From Candidatus Korobacteraceae bacterium (GTDB taxonomy: Bacteria; Acidobacteriota; Terriglobia; Terriglobales; Acidobacteriaceae), in the NCBI GenBank assembly GCA_049520555.1, contig JBEKPR010000024.1:1176-65175 (forward strand): a DNA stretch of 64,000 nt, given 5' to 3'. A model generated the notes under the pieces. That model did no database searches and was not told the origin of the DNA. It worked only from the letters and a program-made list of their open reading frames with translations. Below are positions 57,850-64,000 of the stretch, piece after piece (the first letter of the stretch is position 1; each line of letters opens with the position of its first letter). Both the position numbers and the translations under genes were made by a program.

Positions 57850-58048
57850 TGTCATCCTGAGCGAGGGCGTGCCGACTCTGCACGCCGGAGTCGAAGGACC
57901 CCTATAGCACGAAAGAAACACGCTCTAACTAGCCCCTAGCCACTAGCTCCTGCGTTCAAGTCCTTCACCAGCCGCTGAAACGCCGCCTGATAACAAGCAC
58001 GGAGAAAAGCAGGTCCCTCGACTCGCTGCGCTCGCTCGGGATGACAAG
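57850..58048. repeat. second inverted pair of the GTCATCC(T/C)GAGCGA...GTCGA(A/G)GGAC element
   Basis: Copy at 57850-57908 (+) and a shorter copy at 58011-58048 (-). Confidence 0.55.
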
Positions 58049-58143
58049 AACGGGTACCCATCAAGAGCGGCTTGGGGCCGCCGTTCGCCCGGCCCTCCGC
58101 GCCGTAATACAATCGTCTTTGGCTTCCCACATGGGCTTCCCAC

Positions 58144-59154
58144 ATGGCAACTTCTGAAACCATCGATCATCCGGCGGCGACCAACGCTGGCGATACTGCG
58201 GCGGCGGTGATCCAACTCCAGGAGCTCCGCCACCAGTATGGAGATCGGACCGCGCTGGCGGGCGTTTCCTTCGACGTGCGCGCCGCCGAGATTTTCGGGC
58301 TGCTTGGCCCCAACGGCAGCGGCAAGACCACGACCTTCCGCATTCTCTCGACCCTGATGGTGCCCTCGGGCGGACGCGCCCTGATCATGGGCCACGATGT
58401 GGCGCGCCAGCCTGCCGTGGTGCGCCGCTCGATCGGCGTCGTCTTCCAGGAGAAGAGCATCGACATCAAGCTGTCGGCGGAAGAGAACCTGATGCTGATC
58501 GGCCATGTTTACGGCTTGCGCGGCGCCGCCCTGAAGAAGCGCGTTCGCGAAATGCTGGAGCGGGTTGGGCTCGCCGACCGCGCCAAAGAAAAAGCGGAGA
58601 CCTTTTCCGGCGGCATGCAGCGGCGGCTCGAACTGGCCAAGGGACTGCTGCACCATCCTTCGGTATTGCTGCTCGACGAGCCCACCACCGGACTCGATCC
58701 GGGCGCGCGCCGCGATTTGTGGCAGTACTTGCACATTCTGCGTAACGAAGAACGCGTGACCGTGCTGGTCACCACCCACCTGATGGAGGAAGCCGAGGGC
58801 TGCGATCGGCTGGCGATTTACGCCAACGGCAGCGTCGTCGCGTTGGGCACGCCTGCTGAATTGAAGAGCGAGATTGGCGGCGACGTCATTCTGCTCGAGT
58901 CGGAGCAGCCCGATTCGCTGGCGCAACGCATCGCGCAGCGCTTCGGATTACAACCGACGGTGCTGGACCATCGCGTGCGTTTGGAAATCGAGGCCGGACA
59001 CCGCTTCGTTACCGACGTAGTCGAGGCATTTCCGGGCGAGATCGAAGGCGTCTCCGTACACAAACCGAGCCTGGAAGATGTGTTCATCCGCCGCACCGGC
59101 CACCGCTTCTGGACCGAAGAGAACGACGGCAGCGCCAAAGGCGACGCGAAATAG
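58144..59154 (+). CDS. ABC transporter ATP-binding protein (ABC-2/DrrA-like)
   Basis: Walker A GPNGSGKTT, signature FSGGMQRRLELA and Walker B LLLDEPTTGLD. Confidence 0.9.
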   Translation: MATSETIDHPAATNAGDTAAAVIQLQELRHQYGDRTALAGVSFDVRAAEIFGLLGPNGSGKTTTFRILSTLMVPSGGRALIMGHDVARQPAVVRRSIGVVFQEKSIDIKLSAEENLMLIGHVYGLRGAALKKRVREMLERVGLADRAKEKAETFSGGMQRRLELAKGLLHHPSVLLLDEPTTGLDPGARRDLWQYLHILRNEERVTVLVTTHLMEEAEGCDRLAIYANGSVVALGTPAELKSEIGGDVILLESEQPDSLAQRIAQRFGLQPTVLDHRVRLEIEAGHRFVTDVVEAFPGEIEGVSVHKPSLEDVFIRRTGHRFWTEENDGSAKGDAK

Positions 59155-59183
59155 CCGTCGCGCGCAGCATAGTTTGGAGGTCA

Positions 59184-61502
59184 TCATTGAGCGGGGGGTT
59201 TCGCGAGTTTTGCAGCGCGCTCTTCAGCCCGATACTGGCTCTCAAACTGTCCTTGCCGCTGGTACAGTTTCGCCAGATGCGACCAGGCATCGGCAGATTC
59301 CGGCGCAAGCTGGACGGCCTCCTCCTGGAAGGAAGTGGCCTGCTTGAGATCGCCGAGGACCGTCCAGGCGGCCGCGCGACCCTGCGCTACATTGAATCGC
59401 AAGCAGCCTTCTCCGGTGGCCGCGACGGCGTCGGCGGGCGCGCTGTGGACCGCCTTATCGAGCGCCTGCAAGGTCAACTTCGGCTGCTGGATATGCAAAT
59501 AGAATTGCGCCAGCTTGATCTGCGCCAGATCAGGCCGGGACGACAGCTTGCCGGCTTGTTGCCAGGCATGAATGGTTTCGGGGATTCGCCCTTCTCGCTG
59601 GTACAAGTTGGCCAGTGCGGTCCAAGTAACCTCGCTGGGTTCCAGGGAGATAGCCGCAAGGTATTCCTGTTCGGCCTCGGAGGGGTTCCCCATGGCGTAG
59701 AGAAGGTGGCCGCGAAGCCAGTGCACGAAGGGGCTGTCGGGAAAAGCCTGAAGTGCGCTGTCGGTTGCCAGGAGCGCCTCGGAAGTGCGGTCAAGAGCGG
59801 CGAGGAGGCTGGCGGCGTTGGCCCACTGATTGAAGGAACCGGCGGCAGAATTGTCGAGCGGAGGGACCGGCAGAGTCGCGGTTGCGCAGTCCACGGGAAA
59901 GCGCTGAATCAGACTTTCCGTCTCGGGCTTACGACGCACGAAGACTGCGGAGACTTCGTCCAGATAAACGGGACGCCAGTCGCGACTGTCGCAAAAGCCC
60001 TTGAGTTGCACCAACTGGACGCCATCAATGCGCCCCAGCGGAAGAATGATGGTGTTGATGTTGTAACGGTCTGCTTCCTGCTGCCAAGTCTCGGAATCCG
60101 GCGACAACTGGAGCAACTGGCCGGCTTGATGCATCCGTGGGATTCCGAAGAGTGTGTCGCGGCCGTCGATATAGTCGCGCCGCTCGGGGCCGAGCTTCCA
60201 GGTGAGGTAGCTGCCTTCGTCGTAGGTGTTGAAAATTTCTCCCGGAAGGTGTTCGCGCTCGATAAACTGTGCCGCGCGTTCCGGGAACCACCAGCCCAAC
60301 CCGGCGCCGAATGTCGATTCATCCACAACTCGAACATAGTGACGGTTGGTGACCAGGTCGAAAGAGCGCAGCAAGGCAAGCGCTGCCAGCAAGCAAACCG
60401 CGGCCCATGCAGCGATGGGACGCATCGGCGCCCGCTTAATTTTCGCGCCGAATTCGACGATCGCCGCAGCCAGAATTGGTCCGCCGACAACGACCACCAC
60501 GCAGGCAAATACGGCTCCCATGCGAACGTGATGGACCGGCGGATAGGTTGCGACGAGCAGCAGGATTGCCGCTCCCAACTGACGCCTCAGCAGAGCCAGC
60601 CCCGCAGCGACCACCGCAATGGCCAGCAGCAGATAGATCGCGCCTTGGGTCTGCCTTGGCGAAAGTGCAGTGCTGAAGGCGGTCCAAGTCATCGGCACAC
60701 TGCTCCATTCGCCGATATTCAGCTGCTGTTGTCCGGCCGCGCGCTGTTGCCGCATCAGCGCCCGATACATCCCCCAGCCCCAAGGATTTGCCAGCGTTAC
60801 CAGTGCCGTCGCTGCCAGCCATCCCCATGCGCGCCGAAGTCGCTGCAGGGCGGCGCGCCGGCGGACTTCACCGAAGATTGTTTCCGACAGCTCGACACCC
60901 ACATAGGCGAGTATCAGAGCCAGGCCTGCGGCAAAACCGAAGTGCAGATTGACCCACGCCACCATCAGCAGTGGCAACAACCACAGGCGCGCCTGGCCAG
61001 TTTGATAGTTCTCCCAAAGCAGAGACAGAAACGCTGCGAACAGCACGACGGTAAACATGTCGGCGCGCGGCGTGGTGCGCCAGGCTATGAGCGGCACCGC
61101 AAGGATGGCGATTCCGGCGCTGACAGCGGAGCCTCGCCGCAACAGCAACGCGACTGTGCCAACACATGCCAGAGCGCCAAGCCACGAAATCAAGACATAG
61201 CCGCCGAGCAGATAAGCGGCATACAGCACCAGCCCGGAGCCGACCGGATAAATCCAGGGCTCGCCTTGCGCGGTGTAGGAGAAAACATCCGTCGAAGGCA
61301 CGCTGTGGTGTTGGGCGACCCAGCGTCCCGTCGCCAACTGCCAGCCCAGGTCGAAATCGGAAACCGTGCGCAGGCCGGCTAAGAACGCGTAAAGGAGGGC
61401 GATGGCGGCGAGAATCAGAAACAAGCGGCGGTCGAGTCGAGGAGTACCCGCCGTCGAGGTATCTGCCGTGGTCAAGTTCACTGCTGCGACTGGGGCACTC
61501 AT
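59184..61502 (-). CDS. polytopic membrane protein with C-terminal TPR repeats (family unassigned)
   Basis: 772 aa with ~11 TM helices, then TPR-like repeats (AEQEYLAAISLEP..., ALANLYQREGR...). It is the full-length paralog of 14921-15760. Confidence 0.75.
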   Translation of the reverse strand: MSAPVAAVNLTTADTSTAGTPRLDRRLFLILAAIALLYAFLAGLRTVSDFDLGWQLATGRWVAQHHSVPSTDVFSYTAQGEPWIYPVGSGLVLYAAYLLGGYVLISWLGALACVGTVALLLRRGSAVSAGIAILAVPLIAWRTTPRADMFTVVLFAAFLSLLWENYQTGQARLWLLPLLMVAWVNLHFGFAAGLALILAYVGVELSETIFGEVRRRAALQRLRRAWGWLAATALVTLANPWGWGMYRALMRQQRAAGQQQLNIGEWSSVPMTWTAFSTALSPRQTQGAIYLLLAIAVVAAGLALLRRQLGAAILLLVATYPPVHHVRMGAVFACVVVVVGGPILAAAIVEFGAKIKRAPMRPIAAWAAVCLLAALALLRSFDLVTNRHYVRVVDESTFGAGLGWWFPERAAQFIEREHLPGEIFNTYDEGSYLTWKLGPERRDYIDGRDTLFGIPRMHQAGQLLQLSPDSETWQQEADRYNINTIILPLGRIDGVQLVQLKGFCDSRDWRPVYLDEVSAVFVRRKPETESLIQRFPVDCATATLPVPPLDNSAAGSFNQWANAASLLAALDRTSEALLATDSALQAFPDSPFVHWLRGHLLYAMGNPSEAEQEYLAAISLEPSEVTWTALANLYQREGRIPETIHAWQQAGKLSSRPDLAQIKLAQFYLHIQQPKLTLQALDKAVHSAPADAVAATGEGCLRFNVAQGRAAAWTVLGDLKQATSFQEEAVQLAPESADAWSHLAKLYQRQGQFESQYRAEERAAKLAKPPAQ

Positions 61503-61630
61503 GCGCTTAGTTGCCAGTCATCGTAGCATAGAGAAGATTGCAAAATACTCCTGTTAGAATAGGGTTTCCTGAAGGCCGTCTGATTGCGATTGAACCGCAC
61601 GTTTGACCGCTTTGCAGGCCCCGAAACCTG

Positions 61631-62467
61631 TTGATGACAACTACCCAAGCTACGGCCCTTCCCGCGACCACGTCCAGCAGCAACGCCGGCTTGCTGTTGC
61701 CATCGTTTTCGCTGTGGTGGCGCGAAATCGTACGCTTCTACCGGCAGCGCGCGCGCGTGGTGGGCGTCATCGCTTCGCCGCTGCTCTTCTGGGTTGTGAT
61801 TGGCTCGGGCTTCGGCACCTCGTTTCGCTCCAACGGTGCGGCCGGTGGCCAACATTATCTCGACTATTTCTTTCCCGGCGCTCTCATCATGATTGTCCTC
61901 TTCACTGCCATCTTCACCATGATGTCGGTGATTGAGGACCGCAAGGAAGGCTTCCTGCTCTCCGTGCTGGTGGCGCCGGTGAGCCGTTCCGTCATCGTAC
62001 TGGGCAAGGTGCTCGGCGGCGCAACCCTGGCGACGGCGCAAGGCCTCATTTTCCTGGTCTTCGCTCCCGCGCTGGGCGTGCATTTCACGCTCGCCAGTTT
62101 TGGACTGACCGTGCTGGCCATCTTCCTGGTGGCGTTTTCGCTGACCGCGCTGGGCTTCATCATCGCGTGGCCCATGGATTCAACCGCCGGGTTTCACGCC
62201 GTCATCAACCTGTTTCTCATTCCGTTGTGGCTGCTATCGGGATCGCTGTTTCCGCTCTCCGGCGCGTCCATCTGGATTCGTCTGCTGATGCGCATCAACC
62301 CGTTAACCTACGGCACCGAGGCATTGCGCTCGCTGCTCTTTCCCGGATCGGCCTCGACTGGTCTTTCACTTGGCACTAACTTCGCGGTGCTGGCGCTGTT
62401 CACTTTAGTCATGTTCGCCTTCTCATTTCTGGTGGCCAACCGCCGCACCACCAAGCCTGTAACCTGA
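61631..62467 (+). CDS. ABC-2 type transporter permease
   Basis: 278 aa with six TM helices. The typical ABC-2 N-terminus WREIVRFYRQRARVVG is present. Confidence 0.8.
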   Translation: MMTTTQATALPATTSSSNAGLLLPSFSLWWREIVRFYRQRARVVGVIASPLLFWVVIGSGFGTSFRSNGAAGGQHYLDYFFPGALIMIVLFTAIFTMMSVIEDRKEGFLLSVLVAPVSRSVIVLGKVLGGATLATAQGLIFLVFAPALGVHFTLASFGLTVLAIFLVAFSLTALGFIIAWPMDSTAGFHAVINLFLIPLWLLSGSLFPLSGASIWIRLLMRINPLTYGTEALRSLLFPGSASTGLSLGTNFAVLALFTLVMFAFSFLVANRRTTKPVT

Positions 62468-62901
62468 TGCAAGTAAGCCTGACCTTCTATCCGGCCCTCA
62501 ATGCTGTCTTGAACGGCAGCAGCGCCGTATTGATTGGCTCTGGGCTCTATTTCATCAAGCGCGGCCGCCGCACGGCCCACAAGCGGATGATGATCGCGGC
62601 GTTCCTCACCTCCACGCTGTTCCTCATCTCATACCTTTACTATCATCTCGTACTGCGGGCCGGCATCAGCCATTTCCAGGGTCAAGGGCTGTCGCGGCCG
62701 TTGTACTTCACCATCCTGATCTCGCACACCATCCTGGCCGTGGTGGTTGTGCCGTTCATCCTCGTCACCCTTGCGCGCGCGCTGAAGGGCAATTTCGCGC
62801 GGCACAAAGCCATCGCGCCGTACACCTTCGCCATCTGGATGTACGTCTCGGTAACCGGTGTGGTCATCTACCTGATGCTGTACAAGATTTTTGTGCGCTG
62901 A
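62467..62901 (+). CDS. DUF420 membrane protein (oxidase-cluster associated)
   Basis: FYPALNAVLNGSSAVLIGSGLYFIKRG...HKRMM...ISHTILA...HKAIAPYTFAIWMYVSVTGVVIY. The ATG overlaps the permease stop. Confidence 0.7.
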   Translation: MQVSLTFYPALNAVLNGSSAVLIGSGLYFIKRGRRTAHKRMMIAAFLTSTLFLISYLYYHLVLRAGISHFQGQGLSRPLYFTILISHTILAVVVVPFILVTLARALKGNFARHKAIAPYTFAIWMYVSVTGVVIYLMLYKIFVR

Positions 62902-62944
62902 GCGCAGCCTGTCCCGATGTCTTGTTGGAGATATTTGTTTTCAA

Positions 62945-63013
62945 CACGGCAGCACGGAGAACACGGAGGGAATTCTTGTTTCCACAACTCTGTGTCTCTG
63001 TGCCTCTGTGCTG
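62945..63013. repeat. imperfect hairpin element (CACGGAG / CTCTGTG arms) between convergent genes
   Basis: CAGCACGGAGAACACGGAGGG (62950-62970) can pair, with G-U wobbles, to CTCTGTGTCTCTGTGCCTCTGTGCTG (62988-63013). Confidence 0.4.
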
Positions 63014-63018
63014 AAGAG

Positions 63019-64000
63019 CTACTTCCCTGCCGCCTCGCTCTGCGGCTTCCAGCGCAGGATCGGCTTGCGCGCCGCCATGGTCTCGTCCAGGCGCGAGATG
63101 CGGGTGTTGTGCGGCGCTTCGAGGACGATCTCCGGGTGCTGCTCGACTTCCTCGGCAATGTTCTTCATCGCCTCAATGAACATGTCGCATGATTCCTTCG
63201 ACTCACTCTCCGTCGGCTCGATCATGATTGCTCCGTGCACGACCAGCGGGAAGCTGACGGTGTACGGATGGAAGCCGTAGTCAATCAGCCGCTTGGCGAT
63301 GTCCCCGGTCTTAATCCCCTTTTGAGACTGGATGTGGTCGCTGAACACCACCTCGTGCATGGTCGGGGTCTTGTACGGCAGATCGTAAGCGCCTTCCAGC
63401 CCCTTGCGGATGTAGTTGGCGTTGAGCACCGCGTCTTCGGTCGTCTGCCGCAAGCCGTCGGGACCATTGGCCATGATGTACGCCAGCGCCCGGATGTGCA
63501 TCCCGAAGTTGCCGTAGAACATGCGCACGCGTCCGAGGGACTTGGGCCGGTTGTAGTCGAAACCCAACGTGCCATCCGGCTTGGTGACAACCACCGGAGA
63601 AGGCAAAAAGGGTTCGAGGATCTTCTTGCACGCCACCGGTCCCGAGCCCGGTCCGCCTCCGCCGTGCGGCGTCGAGAAGGTCTTGTGCAGGTTCAGGTGC
63701 ATCACGTCGACGCCGAAGTCGCCGGGACGCGTCTTGCCGACCAGCGCGTTCATGTTGGCGCCGTCCATGTAGAGCAGCGCACCCTTGGCGTGCAGCACTT
63801 CCGCAATCTTGTGGATCTCCTGCTCGAACACGCCCAGCGTGTTGGGATTGGTCAGCATCAGCGCGGCTACGTCTTCGTTCACCTGGGCCACCAGCGAGGC
63901 GATGTCCACCATGCCGGCGGCATTCGACTTCAAGTTCTCGACCGCATAGCCTGCCATCGCTGCCGTCGCCGGATTGGTGCCGTGCGCCGAATCGGGGATC
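63019..64000 (-). CDS. gcvPB: glycine dehydrogenase (decarboxylating) subunit 2, C-terminal part; the gene continues past the window end
   Basis: [11 protein letters not shown], the PLP-Lys block [18 protein letters not shown] and the C-terminus LRWKPQ. The frame stays open to position 64000 (…[18 protein letters not shown]…). Confidence 0.9.
   Translation of the reverse strand, partial: IPDSAHGTNPATAAMAGYAVENLKSNAAGMVDIASLVAQVNEDVAALMLTNPNTLGVFEQEIHKIAEVLHAKGALLYMDGANMNALVGKTRPGDFGVDVMHLNLHKTFSTPHGGGGPGSGPVACKKILEPFLPSPVVVTKPDGTLGFDYNRPKSLGRVRMFYGNFGMHIRALAYIMANGPDGLRQTTEDAVLNANYIRKGLEGAYDLPYKTPTMHEVVFSDHIQSQKGIKTGDIAKRLIDYGFHPYTVSFPLVVHGAIMIEPTESESKESCDMFIEAMKNIAEEVEQHPEIVLEAPHNTRISRLDETMAARKPILRWKPQSEAAGK

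Noticed and set aside
59187-61382. 731-aa + strand ORF
   Set aside because: It is antisense to the 772-aa membrane-TPR gene. That gene has coherent TM helices, TPR repeats and a paralog; this ORF has none.
59160-61545. Possible target-site duplication (AGCATAG on both sides of the 772-aa gene)
   Set aside because: The match is only 7-8 nt and not at symmetric distances, so it is consistent with chance.

Overview
This is a 64-kb GC-rich bacterial chromosomal segment. Gene content and the interspersed repeat families suggest Acidobacteriota, but that is an unverified inference. All family calls were made by eye from motifs in the supplied translations or my own hand translations; no searches or computations were run. 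Housekeeping genes present: secA, citrate synthase, a NifS/IscS-like desulfurase, mnmA, nrdR, an IDH-like dehydrogenase, ctaA/ctaB, an ABC transporter, gcvPB, S46 and M61 peptidases, and a Ser/Thr kinase-TPR protein. These are interrupted by five accessory patches. (1) 6.0-8.5 kb: a Type II R-M pair plus a small SWIM protein, bracketed by inverted copies of a 22-nt motif. (2) 11.7-20.6 kb: a gene graveyard with a kinase-propeller pseudogene (one nonsense, two frameshifts), a frameshifted recombinase, truncated paralogs and an integrase fragment. (3) 20.6-37.4 kb: a ~16.7-kb integrative island in tRNA-Lys(CUU), delimited by a perfect 48-bp direct repeat (20614-20661 / 37318-37365). It carries an integrase, an excisionase, a coupling-protein::relaxase-tail fusion, a 1504-aa nuclease-like/P-loop/HEAT single-gene defence candidate, a secreted RHS toxin with a glycine-zipper C-terminal domain and a membrane immunity gene, and an IS21 remnant. 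(4) 51.9-53.1 kb: a TIR-TIR two-gene cassette inserted between mnmA and nrdR, flanked by a ~58-bp duplication of the nrdR promoter and start codon. (5) 54.6-55.7 kb: a DUF2971-like gene plus a decayed Phd-like antitoxin between the IDH-like gene and ctaA. I saw no rRNA genes and no CRISPR array. The best candidates for a novel system are the TIR-TIR cassette, the nuclease-STAND protein and the RHS glycine-zipper toxin/immunity pair.
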